From contig NC_045138.2 in the NCBI RefSeq assembly GCF_008831285.2, positions 24,924,001 to 24,988,000 on the forward strand: DNA of 64,000 bases, given 5' to 3'. Numbering within the stretch: the first letter of the stretch is position 1; the number at the start of each line of letters is the position of its first letter. The stretch comes from Nymphaea colorata (Eukaryota). The notes beneath the pieces are model-generated. The model was not told the DNA's origin, searched no databases, and saw only the letters and a list, made by a program, of their open reading frames with translations. The translations under genes were made by a program, and so were the position numbers. This document shows, piece by piece, positions 42,907 through 57,038 of this stretch.

Positions 42907-45900
42907 TCAGCACAAAGCCAGGCTACACTTTATGTCTGCAACAAGATGGCGTATATGTGGAGCATACCATTTTACACGTTCTAAATGTTCCAGCTGTACC
43001 TGCCACTGACGGCCTGAAAGAAAGATGAACATACTATGAACTGGACGTTTATGAGAAGGCAAGTTCAAACAAGACGAATGCAATTGCCATGACAGCATCA
43101 AGTTGTGAGACGATAAATCAGCTGCTACGGCAGCATTGGGTCTAACATGTATAAATCATGAAGTCATAGTCAGATAACAACTTGTCCAGAATAGGAATGT
43201 AACAACAATGACCAGCAGCAGGAGAAAGAAACGACCAAACCAATGAACATAAGTCCCAGTGATTATGAGAATGCTGAGTGATTCGAGAATATGTAAATCT
43301 CAGGAGCCAACAGCAAAATTATTTTTAAAATTAAAACCCAAGGATAATCGTACCTTCAGATTTTGCAATTTCCTGTATTGACTGAACCACATAGAGTGAC
43401 CACGAATCCTCTTCTGAGTCCTTCACATTTCCATGCACATGCAGTACACCACCCTGAGGCCTACCGGCCAAATTTCCACAAAAAATAGAGAAGCATGTGA
43501 GTATTGTACTAAATACTAATGTAATTTAAGACAGTGAGCCATTTCAGAGCTACACCAAAGGTAAAAGTAATATTCACAACGAAAACTGGTAATACTGACA
43601 ACTGCCTCAAAGATTTTTTTCCTTTATGTTTCAATCATGACAATCAACAGTAACAAAATTTTTAGCCCTTTATATCTACATAGAGCATGAGACTGGTGTA
43701 TACAGTAGCATACGACTTCTCTTTCTTTTTTTTCATGTTTCTCTAGAATATTTAACTGGATGCAGATGATTTACATACTCAAATCAATAGGAGTTAATTC
43801 TTGAATTATCAGAATCCAATGTTTGTCCAAGTTTTTGTAAAAGATAATGATCAAGTAGTTGAATAAACTTTAAGTGCTATGATTTCAATATTGAACCATG
43901 TGGAGCTCTCAAAATTCCTGCTGTGGTGCCATTTTCAGCATCATTTATGTCATGATAATGTGCAAAAGAATACTGAATTAATATAAATAAATAATTGATA
44001 GACATCAGTATGCCTACATGCACCATATAAACAAGCAATATAAATACATACATACATATATATGACAGGGTGGAAAGGGGGGGGGGGAGAGAGAGAGAGG
44101 GGCCATGAAGATATCAAAAACAAAACCAACAAAACACAGCCAAACTGGAAATGGAACAGTATCAAAAGAGAGACAGAGACACAGACAGACAGAGAGAGAG
44201 AGAGAGAGAAGAAGAAGAAGCCATGAAGGTATTAAAAACAAAATGAACTAAACACATCCAAACTGGAAATAGAACAGTATCCAAAGCATGCAGTGTTGTG
44301 TCAGGAATCAAAGGCATCTTAAGTCAGTCGAATTACTTTAAAGCTCGAACAGCAGTAGGCCAACTATCCTCACTGGTTGGGAGCAAACCAAGGCAGACAC
44401 GATCAGCAACACCCTGAGAGCAATACATACTTTAACAGTTAATCTGGCTGATGCATGTATAGCCTGACTGCTAATGCATTTGTGCAAACTGCAAAGTACA
44501 CACTTGCAAGCAGCTAATACATGAAGTAGTCTGCCATAACATGATGGAACAAGAGAATCTGTTACTGCCAAATATAGATTCTCTTGTTACATCATGTTAT
44601 GACAAACTATCTCATGTATTAGCTGCTAGCAAGTGTATGTTTGTGTATTTGTGTGTGTATGTGTGTGTTTGTGTATGTGCACACTATTGTTTCTAACTTT
44701 GAAGCTTGGATCAGAAGATGCACAATTATGTCCATGGAAAGTACAGTAGCCTATCTCCATAGCCTACTGTTAACAAAGTCAGTTTTCCTTTCAGAAATGC
44801 TGCAACTCTGTACAAGTGGGGTCTCTACTAGTTCTCCCAATGCATGGACAATGTTATTTTGTCCGGAACAATGTCTCAGACTCTCAGTGGTACGTGGGGA
44901 TGGCCCCGGTACAGCGGTACCGGTAGGGCGGTACAGCACTTCCTCCTTCTTTCTCATACATAATACCTATGTCACTTTAAATGAACCTATTTTCGCTTGA
45001 CGCCTCTTCCTCCTTCTTCCTTACCTTCGCACAACATATCTACAGCAAAAAATGGCATCAATTTCTTATATTTATGTTACCTTTTTTGCTGATTTCATGT
45101 ATATAATTAATTAAAAATATATAACTCTCGCTGTACCGCCGTACCAAGGTTGGCAAAAACGCCGTACCTGTACCCGCTTCTCCATACCCGTACCAACACC
45201 CGTACCCGTACCTATGTGACATAGGTCCAGAACTAGTAGTGTAATTACCAAATGCCTATCTCATGATTCCCATCCCCATAAAATCCCAATTGGTTCTCTG
45301 TAAAGTTGTACGGAGTGTTTGTCACTAACAAGCAAAGGAAGGGGACTAATGCCCCAGTGGACTTTGCATTGGGATTCCCAAACACATGAAAATTCTAAGC
45401 ACAAAGGCAGGCCTTCAAGCATGCTAGTAAAACAATTTCAGAAAGTAAGTACCAAATCTAGTGCCATTCTTCGATCCTTACGAATCTGACTGCTCAAGGA
45501 CCTTCACAGCCATGAAGAACAGATCCTTCTCCATTATTTTCTTCCATATCATGTTAAGTTTAATTGTTCAAAGGAACTTTTTCCAGCATGACCAAATAAG
45601 CAAGACAAGTGTATGTTTCATTTTTGGAAGCATGACCAAATAAGCAAGACATGTGTATGTTTCATTTTTGGAAACCAAATCTAGTGCCATTCTTAGATCC
45701 CTAGGAATCTGACTGCTCAAGGACCTTCACAGCCATGAAGAACAGATCCTTCCCCATTATTTTCTTCCATATCATGTTAAGTTTAATTGTTCAAAGGAAC
45801 TTTTTCCAGCATGACCAAATAAGCAAGACATGTGTATGTTTCATTTTTGGAAACCAGCAAAACAGGGAAGGTGCTTATAGGGCACTCCTGGATGTCTACA

Positions 45901-48900
45901 AATATCATAAAAGACAGAATGGAAACTTTGAAAACTAAACTTTACCAAATAATCAAGAATAATTTCACATTGCTATGATGCCATGCCTTGCCTAGGTTAA
46001 GAATTTACAATGATTTAGCAGCTCAATCAACGATATTAATGTTTGGAAGAGGATTGATTTGCCTACTTGTGGTGCCACAATACGGTTATCTCCATCAAGG
46101 ATTATACATCTGTCTGAAACAAAATTTGCTGCAACATTCTTCCGCAGAGCATTCAAAGCATGAGGGTTCCATTCACATGCATAAACCAGTTTTGCACCAG
46201 CTCTAGTTGAGAAGCAAGTTGTCAGTAGTACCCAAAGCACGCAAAATTCCTTATAAATAAGGAAAAGTAGATAACTGAAATGATTGCAAAGAGAAAATGA
46301 CAACATGAAAGGCCATAATGTCAACAAACATGATGCTTACTTCACCAGGAAAGGCAGCACAAAATATCCAATTCCAGCAAACAAATCAACAATGATTTCA
46401 TTCCTGCAGTCTAACTTAGACATGCGAAGCTTTTCTGACAAATTTCCCCATGAAAACATACATTGTGTTGAATCAAAAGAATAGAATATTCCATTCTCAT
46501 GATGATCGACCCAGCCATTGGCACCCACCAGGATCTCTAAGGTACTATCTCTTGTTCCAGTTGCTGCAACTTTCCCCTGCATATCATTAGAAAGGATTGT
46601 AAAAATGGGATTTTTCAATTGCCTAAAATCTTAAGGTAGTGTTTGATGGGCAGGTATTTTACTGTAGCAGTGGAAACATATTTCAAATTTTCAAAACATT
46701 TCTTGTTTATCAAACATAGAATTTTTTTTTTACCGTTAACATGAAAACCGGAAACATATTTCCGGAAATATGTTTCCACCCATGTTTCCACCCGGAGGGG
46801 TGGAAACATATTTCCGGAATTTTTTTTGGAGCCGTTGGGCTCGATCGTGGAAGGAGGGGGGGAGGGAAGGAGGCGGACGTGAGGAGAGGGGAAGGAGGGA
46901 GGAGAAAGAGGGGAGGAGGAAAGGGGAAGAACGGAAGGAGGAAGGAGGAGGGAGGAGAAAGAGGGAAGGAAAGGGGAAGAACGGAAGGAGGAGAGGGGAA
47001 GGAGGGAGGAGGAAGAACGGAAGGAGGAGAGGGGAAGGAGGGAGGAGGAAGAGGGGAAGGAGGGATAGTGGAAGGAGGGAGGAGGAAAGGGGAAGGAGGG
47101 AAGCGAAAGAGGGGAGGAGGAAAGGGGAAGAACGGAGGGAGGAGGAAAGGGGAAGAACAGAGGGAGGAGAAAGAGGGGAAGAACAGAGGGAGGAGGAAAG
47201 GGGGAAGGAGGGAGGAGGAAGAGGGGATGAGGAAGAAAGGGAAGGAGGCAGAGGCCGAAGGAGGAGGAGGAGGAGGAGGGGAGGAGGAAAGGGGAAGGAG
47301 GGAGGAGGAAAGGAGGCGGAGGCGGAAGAAGGGAAGGAGGGAGGAGGAAGAAAGGGGCGGAGGCGGAAGAAGGGAAGGAGGGAGGAGGAAGAAAGGGGCG
47401 GAGGCGGAAGAAGGGAAGGAGGCCGCTTCTTTCCCATTTCCATCGATTCTTCCTTTCTTGCAATCAAACGCAGAAATTTAATTCCAGAAAAATAATTCTA
47501 AGTTATCAAACACAACACACATTTGAAAATCTAGAATTTTATTTCTAGAAAACCAATTCCAGAAACATATTTCTGGAAACTTGTTTCCAGAAATATGTTT
47601 CTGGCCATCAAACACTACCTAAATGAATTCCTAGCAATGCACCACAACACTAGAAGCTGGATGCACTTCCAAAAAAACCAGAAGCATTTGCTTCTCAGAT
47701 CATAATCTACATATAGTTTGAGAACATCATGTGTTAATTCCTTAACGACTCATCCAAACAAGTAACGACAAAAGGTAAGGTAAATTAAGTAATCAAGCGA
47801 AATAAAAACATCCAGCTGTATAACCTAATACATACAAGCATATATTTGTTTATGTTTCATTAGTGAAGAATCTGCCTAAATGCAGTCAAATTGAAAGATA
47901 AAACCATGAATCCAGTCTTTCTACTCATACAAGCTCCAGATTCTTGACCAAAATCAGTTCTGACAATTAAGCAGAAAGTGTTATTGCATGTGCTATTGCT
48001 TGTTCTGATACTGTCAATCAGGAATTCATATTCCCTGCAATACAAACAGATCGCAAGTGCACCTTCAGGCTCATATAGAACGAAAAGATACAACTTAGTG
48101 TTGAAAGACATTAGTAGAACCACGTCGACCATAGTCAGCAAATCATCATAGACAAGGTTACTACATAGACTTTCCTATGAAAGCAAAAAACTACACATGA
48201 ATGTGTATTGACATACTTCGGAAGTGTCTACTTCATTGCATAGTTATGCATAATATACATGAACAAAATTATAAACATACACAAACATATGTCTGTCAAT
48301 ATTGTTCTGTTGTGTTTCTATTTGTTTGTATATATGACTACGCAACAAGAGCAACTGACCACTATAATCCACAAAATCTTGCCTCTAAGGAAGGACAACA
48401 AAAGAGATCATATAGAAATAGAAACCTGACGAGCAAGGCGCACAGCACCTAGAGAACTTGCAACTATGGGCCAAAGCTCAGCACTAACAGAATCCCAGAT
48501 CTTGTGATTAAAAGCCAAGGATGGAAGTACAACTATATTACCAAGCCGCTCCCACCTGGATCACAATGTTTAGTTACGAGTTTTCTTGTCAGCTGGTATC
48601 AAGAACAAAACCAACTAAATCACGTATGTGAAAGTGTCCAAACCACAGCAAGAAAGATTTAGAAAGAAAATAAAAAGTGCACACCTACTTGGCAACTGTT
48701 CTAGAAGGTTTGTAGGCAAGCCTTTCTGGTGTATCAATGACATTACTGCTTCCCTCAGTATCTTCTGTGGGGACCTTGGTTGCCTTCTCATCAGCGCAAT
48801 GTCATCCTCTACCAAAGAAGCACCACAAGCTAGCAGAAGATTCTGCAGCTCAGGTAAAGAAGCCCCATCAAGTGAAAAACCCTTTGCCATACAGAAGGCC

Positions 48901-51900
48901 ATAGAATCACTGGCCTTTGGACTTTCAACCAAGTTATCTGAACAAGCAACCTTCTCCAAAAACCAGGTGTGACATTTTTCAGTAACTGGAAGGAATACAA
49001 TTTGTTCATCTTCAGTTTTGTAAACCTTCCTCCCAGTGTCCAACCATCCAATTTTTTTCACTATATCCTTCCCAAGTTTAGCATATCTTCTTTGAATCTG
49101 TAAAGCCCACTTTTTAGGTTTCATTTCAACTGTATCTTTCGCTATCCTTTGGTCATGGAATGCCCTTGGATTTCCATTAGTAGCATGTGCACATGCGTTA
49201 TAATGTAAATTCTCATCATCTGTCAATCCCTTAAGACCAGCAACAGCAGTGCCATTACCCACCTTTGTCTCTTCAGGGTTTGTCAGAGGCTTAACTGCTA
49301 CACTATCAGCATGTCTGTCAGAAGCCAAAGAAGTCAACAAGCAACAATCTACTTGCATTGGTTCATTGAATTTTGTTCCAAATGCATAACATGATGCTCC
49401 ACCACCAACCATAACTAGATCATCTCCCACAATGCTCACTGTACTACGAACAAGCATAGGATAATTAACAAACCCAGTTTCTACATGCTTCCATACATGA
49501 GTTTGCAGATCAAACAAAAAAATCCCTTGAAGCTGCTTTGTAACAGGACATCCACCAACTATTCCTAGATACCTTTTGTAGATGAACATTGAATGCGAGA
49601 ATCTTGCAGAAGGATTTCTTCCTGTAGTTTTCACTTTCTTCCAGAGACAAATGTTGGTATCAAAACTATAAAGATCTCCCAGTGCTGTTTCTCCATCATA
49701 TCCTCCAAACATAAATAATTGTGAACCTGCCGCCACCATTGAATGGGAATGCCGAGCACATGGTTGCTCCCCTTTGGTATCAATTTCAGTCCATTGCATT
49801 GTTTCTGTATCAAGGACATGCACGCACGGATAGATCAGTTCATGGTAAAGGCCACCATGCACATATACTTTTGTATCCACAACAGCAGCTGCATGGCGGT
49901 GCCTGAAAACACAACCCGATACCAAAAAGTAAACATCAACTCATATTTGTAACCACAACCTCATGCATATTGCACATACACAAATGTTGCTGTGATAAAC
50001 AACCACCAGTTATCACTACAAAAATATCAGGACCAGAAACATGCATATTGATATGAGCAACAAAGAAAAGAATATGTAGACCCACAGAACCATCCTTTAA
50101 TCAGTTTGTTTTTTCCACTGCAATAAACTATCTGCGAGATTAATGCAACCCATCTAACCTTGCAAATAGCATAAAGAAGCTCGGAACGCAATAGCAAAAC
50201 CATGTTTAATCAACATCAATTATATGACAGCAATGAAAATACACTTGTGAGGTAACAAATCACTTTTTCAACAAGAACCTAATCTAGTGGATCCAAGAGT
50301 TGGTAGCACGACTTCTGTATATAGAATTTATTCCCTTTCTACAAGAATCTGGGCTGGGCTCAGAGATTGCAGCCACTATATACTGACATTGGCTGACCTT
50401 TAATTATGCACTAACAACACTATCAGAGATGTTGGGCCCCATTAAGTGAAAATGCACCTGGGTACATGAATTAGATTGTCATGTAGTTACCCATTTCGGT
50501 AGAAAATATCAAGAGTACCATCATTTGTAATAAGCACCTTAATGCTTTCAACCATGAAATAGGACAGGTACCTCAATGAGGCCCTGTTCTGGAGATAACA
50601 GATGAGATCTTTTGGAACCTCCAACCGATACAAGCACAGTATCTTGTTTTTGCTTCCAAATAACAGTAAATCAGACATTAAGAGATCACCTCGGACCAAA
50701 AACACTTCCAGTACATGATAGAATCTCCCATCTACTCTCCTCTGTATGGAGGACCCATACATCACTAAAAATTTGTGTAGGGTCACCCCTCCCGCCAATG
50801 ACAAACATGTGGTTACCAATGACCGAAGATGTGTGTCCAATACGTGGAGAAGGAGGACCTACTGCATGAAGTACTTTTAACATGCCAGTTCTTGGGTCTA
50901 ACAGCAATGAGTCATTTTGCCTTGAATGTCTGCCTACGCCTCCAAAACCACCAAAGACCAAAATCCTTCTGCTGTCTGAGTCATTTAATAAGCTAGCTGA
51001 GTGACCCCAGCGGAAGAGTTTTCCCACAGGCAGGTCAAGTATCTTCATTTTGTTAGCTGAAACGGAGCACCTATCGGTGCTTGATGACCCTGCAGACAAA
51101 GTACCACAAAGTAAATTAGAAGATGAAAAGGTTCCCGACACAAAAGCACATCCATGATCCAAGATTTACGAAGGTTTGACTCCCACCCTGAGGGGAAAAA
51201 GAAGGGGGCATCATAGTTTGCAAGGACTAGAAAAAAGATAGTTTTTTATAATGGCAAGCTCCTTACTTAGTTCCCTTAGATCTGACGATAAAACGACAAA
51301 CCTTATTGAACTGGTAAATTCTAAAATCATGAACCACTTCCTAGTGTGAAACGACCAAAGCTAAAGGATAAAGAAGCTAAGAGAGAGAAAAAGACCATAT
51401 TATAATAACTAGAAAAACATCTAGACGCTTGCCCTGGCGGCTAAGAAGCTGGACCAAGATCTAGTAAATCCTAGGCATATGTTGGCTTGAATCACGCAAT
51501 TATTGGACATGAGTGATAAGGCTGGACAACCTCCTTTAGTGGAATTTCATGTGGATCATTAACCAGTCATACTTACATGATTTGAATTCTTTGTTGTCAT
51601 GGTTGTCGTCAGAGTTACCCTTTTCATGGTGTAGACTTTGGACACCACGATGTATGGGGCATCCTGTTCGGCTGCAGCTGCACTTGATAGGGACTTGAGT
51701 TGTCTTGCCTCGAGATCCAAAACATTTCCTTCTTCCATGCATTCTGTCTGTTTATCATCATTTCCCAATGGGCTTACATCAGCCGGACCCTGTCGCACAT
51801 CAAATTATATTGCACCATCAAGACTACTACAAGTAGGTCAAATGTAATAGCTAGGATCGTACGTAGAGATGCACTATAACGCCGACAGGTTCACATGTGA

Positions 51901-53219
51901 ATGCCACGAGTATCAGCCTTACCTAGAAAAAGAGAACAGGAAACCGAAAAGGCCACCTAAATGCTGGGATAGCGCGTAGAAGGTTCTACATGGTAAAATG
52001 TTTTATCTCCTAGAATCACATTTTGATTTGATGCATGTGTTCAAATAATGCAACAAGTAAATTTATAGACCAGGCGTTCAACTTGCGCCAGATGAATGTA
52101 CATGTATAACAAGTTAATCTTCTACAGTGTAGTTAAGACTACACTTCATACGCACGGGAGGAAGACCAACCTAGGAGAAGCCCCGTACAAGCGCATATAG
52201 GAATCCTTCTTAGCTTATGCAAAATAAGAATTTCTACGTGCCAAGCACGAAGAAATCATATGTTTCCACGTTGTTCCAAATTTAAGCATGAATATTTCGC
52301 CTGAAAATAATGATTTAAGACTTAGAAGTACGATTACCGTCCGCATGAATGTACACATTTGTCAATCAGAAAATATCAATTCAAGTTCAGCCACCAACCA
52401 CCTATTCGGAGAATGACATTGTGCAACAACCATGTCGGAAGACTCGGAAATAATAAACAAGAGAGCATGCAGTAATCTGAGCCCCAAACCTACCTTGGAG
52501 GCCGTGAACAGGCCAAGGAAAGCATCCGTCCGCTTCCTGTTGGCAGCCATCTTCTCATTGGCAATCCCGACCAGGTATCTAACGTACTCGGGCGAGACCA
52601 TCATCCTCCCCATCTCCCCCAAGGGCACCTCTAGCCGTATCGAACACCGAATCGCCACCATGATCCTCTTGCTCACGCTGCTTATCCCTACAGTCAAAGC
52701 ACCCGACAAAAATTCAACACCCAACTGCCGAAAAAATTCGACAACCAGCAAAGGAGGAATCAAGAAGCAGCAGTAATAAACTCAACCCGACTCTCTGAAA
52801 CCGCAAGAAATGGCCATGGCAACCAGAGAATGAGCAGAGGTAACGTCGATACAGTCGACCGCAAGAATGAAAGGCTCGAAGCGAAAGACCATGGTGTCGT
52901 GACTGTCATCGGAAGAGGAAGGTGGGTTGAATAGCAGGCTGGAGACGGTCTCCGGGTCAGCGAACTCATGGGTAATGAAAACCCAATCTCCTGCCTTCTT
53001 CTTCTTCTTATTCTTGTGGCTGCTCTGGTCGTTAGGGGCGGCGTGGGAGAGGATGGAGATCCTTCCCGAGCAGGAGCTAGTGGTGAAGTAGGAAGGATGG
53101 GCGTTGATGGCGTCGAGGAGTGGGATTATGGGCACGTCGAGTGAGCCCTTTGGGGATTTGTCCATTCCCTCCCTCGCCAAGGCAGACAGAGCCATCGACT
53201 TCCTCTTTGCGAACTCCAT
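42907..53219 (-). CDS. tRNA wybutosine-synthesizing protein 2/3/4 (TYW3 methyltransferase + Kelch repeats + TYW2/Trm12-like SAM domain), ~11 exons, ~1090 aa
   Basis: Exons 53219-52787, 52687-52494, 51789-~51564 (donor uncertain), 51089-50690, 49902-48685, 48555-48426, 46576-46341, 46202-46067, 44413-44337, 43460-43354 and 43013-42907. TYW3 motifs DKSPKGSLD and YFTTSSCSGRIS; Kelch repeats (RWGHSA, PRIGHTS, PRHRHAA, ARHSHSM, FGGYDG); SAM-binding VDLFAGIGYF; also ADRVCLGLLP, LHVHGNV and ERVKWYAPHIRHLVAD. Confidence 0.93.
44869..45224. mobile_element. hAT-like non-autonomous element in a TYW intron
   Basis: Termini CAATGTCTCA and TGTGACATAG form an 8/10 inverted match. 8-bp target duplication GTCCGGAA/GTCCAGAA; CCGTAC subrepeats. 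Confidence 0.7.
45451..45855. repeat. Intronic tandem duplication of a ~180-bp unit with a nested 44-bp duplication
   Basis: Units start at 45451 and 45674 (ACCAAATCTAGTGCCATTCTT...). The first unit carries an extra copy of GCATGACCAAATAAGCAAGACAnGTGTATGTTTCATTTTTGGAA (45586-45629 and 45630-45673). Confidence 0.9.
46635..47619. mobile_element. PIF/Harbinger (Tourist-like) non-autonomous element carrying a long purine-rich tract
   Basis: Perfect 15-bp TIRs GGTAGTGTTTGATGG / CCATCAAACACTACC flanked by TAA on both sides (46632-46634 and 47620-47622). Internal GGAAACATATTTCC subrepeats; ~570-bp G/A tract at 46850-47420. Confidence 0.88.
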
Positions 53220-54249
53220 TGCTCTCTCCCTCTCCCCTCTCTCTTGTGCTGAAGAGGTTTACATCTATGCTCAGGTCCGGATTATAGTATTGATTGCAGG
53301 CTGGAATTAAGGTGGTCCGGTTTGACAAGTCGGATCTGGATTATAGTAACCGACTAGCGAAAGTAGACTCCTGCTGCTTGGGGCTGGACATGAGTAAACG
53401 AATCGGGTACAATTTAATGGATTTTCTCGTTAATACCTGGGTTGGATCTAAATCTGATTTCTTACACATTTAACTGGTCGGAATCAGATTTAGCACAAGC
53501 TGAGGATTCCCGCCATAACTTATGTTACAAAAAGATAGGAAACAATATACAAAAACAGTGAAAATTAGCATTTTCGGGTTAAAAAGCTATTGCTAAATTA
53601 TAGTTCAGTGAAATGTTATCTTTGTGTAAGGGGAAGTACCATAATTGATCGGACAGGCGGGCGTATAAAAAAGCATGTTGCTTAGTTGATTTTAATGTTT
53701 CTTATTCTCTTCAATCGTAAAGGATGTGATCATCAAGTTGAAAAATGCAATATACTCCACCTAAATTCAAGACCCCAAATGCATGGGAATGGGAGGGCTT
53801 TCGAATCTTTTTAAAACCATAAGTTGTTAACTTTCTATTCACTCACAAAGAAATACTATCTTCAAAATCAACGAGGAATAAAAAGTTAGGGGATCATTTC
53901 AATAATTCCTGTAAGCAGCCCTTGACACACCTCCGCTGTTCCTTTTGCAGGGCGTACGGACACCTGCATATATCCATTGACCTTGTGAATTTTGAATGAC
54001 ATAAGATTGTTTAATTTGTTGTAAATATCATACTTTATTCATTATTTTACCATGTATCTTGTGTGAGAGACTTATTAAGTGACCCATAATCTTGCTCACC
54101 TCCTTAGTCCTATCACCAACAAATTATTAACCCATCCTTAGAAATTCCAACCATGAGCCTTCACCACAAGTGGTATCCTTGCAACCTACCTTGTCACTTG
54201 CCATGATCCTTCTATGATATTGATCCGTCTATTAAGAAAAGTGGAGACT

Positions 54250-55100
54250 GGCATTAACCACACGGAGACACTGCAGTGTCTGCAGACTCTGCACTTATAA
54301 TGATGTTTGGGCTTCTACTCCCAGAAGATTCACCTATCTCACTCAAAAGAAGAGGCCACAAGGACCAGGCAAAGTTGATGAATGCAGAAGGCGAGAGACT
54401 CCTCTTACGTGGATGCTGAGGTGAGGCATCTAAGCAAGTGAAGCATCCACGACCAACGTTTTGAAAAGGAAGCATTAGACACACCCTGCATGCTAGTCAG
54501 CTTGGTGAGGATCTAAGAATTTTTTTTCATTTTCCTCCTAGAGGCACCACCAAGTTTTTGATTTCACGACTAATGGGCAGGTACATTCTCCAATGAAGTA
54601 TACCGCAAGGCACTTGTGCCTTCATTTGTGAGATTATACTAGACCTTGGATTTCACTTGCTGATGCAGGTAGTACATACTTCTCCATACATTCTCCGGTT
54701 CTTGATATATTCAAGATATCATAGCTTCTGGATTTCCGATGGCAGGTTGATCTCCATGAATCTGCTTGCTTTTGTCACATTAACCTTAATGAAATTATCA
54801 AACTGCATTTACAAAAAAGTTTTGTGGTCTCAAAAGAAGGAAAACAATCCTCATATTTTTCGAAATCCCAAGTGAGAGAAATACACATAAAGTTTCACAG
54901 AAGCACTATTAGATCTACCCCAGCAAGACATGAATTGCATTGACTTGCTTTAGTATATCTTGGAAGTGTTGATATGTCACCCAAGCTCTGGCTTGTCTTG
55001 TACAGGACTCAACCAATTAGAGATGCTCTTCCTTGTAATTGTTTATGTATTTGGATTTGCTTGGTCAAGGGGCCTCTGAGATGGCTGATCTCTCATGAGA
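54250..55100 (-). mobile_element. Possible highly degraded LINE C-terminal (zf-RVT) remnant
   Basis: Only weak, frameshifted resemblance (SLWV..., ..KNLVVP.., C..FAWSLW). Not certain. Confidence 0.3.
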
Positions 55101-57038
55101 TCTGTCATTGGAGAAGTGCTTGGCCTACTAACTTGTATGTTAAATTGTAAACTTGTTGGCTACCTTGTTCATTGCAAAGGCACTTATAGCAATGCTCTGC
55201 TAGTTGAGCTATGCATTTTTTTCTGCCTGCATGATGCATCGCATTGACATGTTACATCCTCTTGTGTAGAAAAAAATTGGTTGGGGCTAAGAAGATACAT
55301 CCTATGGTGTTTAAGAGAATACTAATTTTGAGCTTTCCAATTTTGAGCTTTCCAAACAAACTGTGCATTCAAAATGATGGTGGTCCTCACTTCTCAAATT
55401 TACCGTGAAGTGAAGTGGCTTTTTATTTATTTCCGGACATTATATTGAAAAGCATGTGTAAGGGTATCCAAAGTATGAGGCATCTTCTGTGAGCAACATG
55501 TTTTAATTTTTCCAGGCTTTGTTAGTTTCTGACTGAGGTTTATATTAATTATCGAGCCTCGTTCAACTCCAAAGCTGATATATATGCTATTGTTATTTAG
55601 TTTGAATCTCAAAACTTTAAAATTGCAGCCCTTTGATTGTTAAATGCATATTTTCATCACAGACTATGGATTTGGTGTATTTCCATGAAGAAAATAAATA
55701 AAATGAATGCATTTAATGCACCAAAATTATCATTGCAGTCCTGAGAATAAATTTGCCTCTGCTTGAACTTTTTTTTTCTCCTGAGCAAGTGGATCTCAAG
55801 GGGACCAATGAATACAGACTGAAGTTCAAATTAATTCTGCAGCCTGGACAACTTCACAGGTAGTATGTGTGATATAATTGTTTAGTTTGAACCTGAAAAT
55901 TCTACAAGTTGCAGCCTTTTGATTGTGAGATGCATGTTCTCATTACTGACTACATATCTGGTGAATGTCATGAAGAAAAGTAAATGCAAAGCAAGTAGAC
56001 ACAAAGGCGATGAATGAATTCTGATCACCTATTGCAGGATGATCCTGGAAATTGCAGCTTGCTATCTATTGCATTTTTGGTTGCTTTACCTGCTTTCTGG
56101 ACAACTGGATATATATGAAAATTGTACAGATGTAGTTGCAAGGAAGGTTTCACCAAAAACTGAGATGACCTCCATGAGATGTGCTTACAGAAGCACTCAC
56201 TGGAAAACTAGGTTTGATGTGAATTTTGATCTCTAACTTTTCAGCAGTGGCAAGAGTAACTGTTCCACTGCCGTCATTGTGCTACTGCTACTGCTCCTGT
56301 TAGCTTTTATTATGGAAGATGCAACATTGTGAACGTGTTTCTTATCATTTTTACTGAGAAAGAAACAACTTTGAAGACTAATGCTTATTAATGGACCACA
56401 TCATGGCAGTTAATTTTAAAATAATCACGAGATGTAAAAGCAATATAGTCTCATAATTCAGTCCCTTTTCTTTCTCCTGGTGACTTGGGCTTGAAGTGTT
56501 TGCAGAGGAGTGTACATCCAGTCCCATTCTCAAATCCATCTATCTGTTGCAATATCTATATCTTGATTCCTTTGACAGAATCACTGAAGTGTCGCAACCC
56601 CAGACAGGCTAGAGTGCCAGAGTCCCACCTTAGAGAAGGCTTGGCACAGTTTCAAAACCTAAGAACACGACGTTGGATTGTTAATAACTTAATACTCATA
56701 AAACAGAGGACCTTTTCATCTTTCCAAAGTTGTTATAATTCTAGTCTGTCAAATTTTGAACCCTTGCAAGAACCTGATCATTTGTCAGGTGATTCAGCAA
56801 GCCATCTGTGTAATGGTGTATGAAGATGCAACAGCTTCATAATTTTAACTTGTCATTCATCTTCCTGCTTAGCACGACAATAAAAGGCTAGTTCTGAATA
56901 ATTACACAATGGGTAGAAGCAACACTTAAAGCTTGATGACCACGGCCGGAAGACCTTCCAATTCACAGAGACGATAATTAAAAGACAGGAGTATACATTC
57001 TAATGAAGGAGAAGAGCAGAGTCCTCCTCCAATTGCTT

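Noticed and set aside
45451..45855. Repeats as a CRISPR-like array
   Set aside because: Eukaryotic intron, with contiguous duplications and no unique spacers.
46615..47495. Four overlapping 240-280 aa ORFs rich in Pro/Ser/Leu or Gly/Glu/Arg
   Set aside because: Artefacts of a stop-free purine-rich tract inside a TIR element within an intron.
51170..51187. Possible 18-nt micro-exon in the TYW gene (strong acceptor near 51188)
   Set aside because: The donor is weak and the gene model closes in frame without it. It cannot be supported without transcripts.
42907..53219. TYW3 + Kelch + TYW2 multidomain fusion as a novel chimera
   Set aside because: This architecture is the established plant TYW2/3/4 protein.
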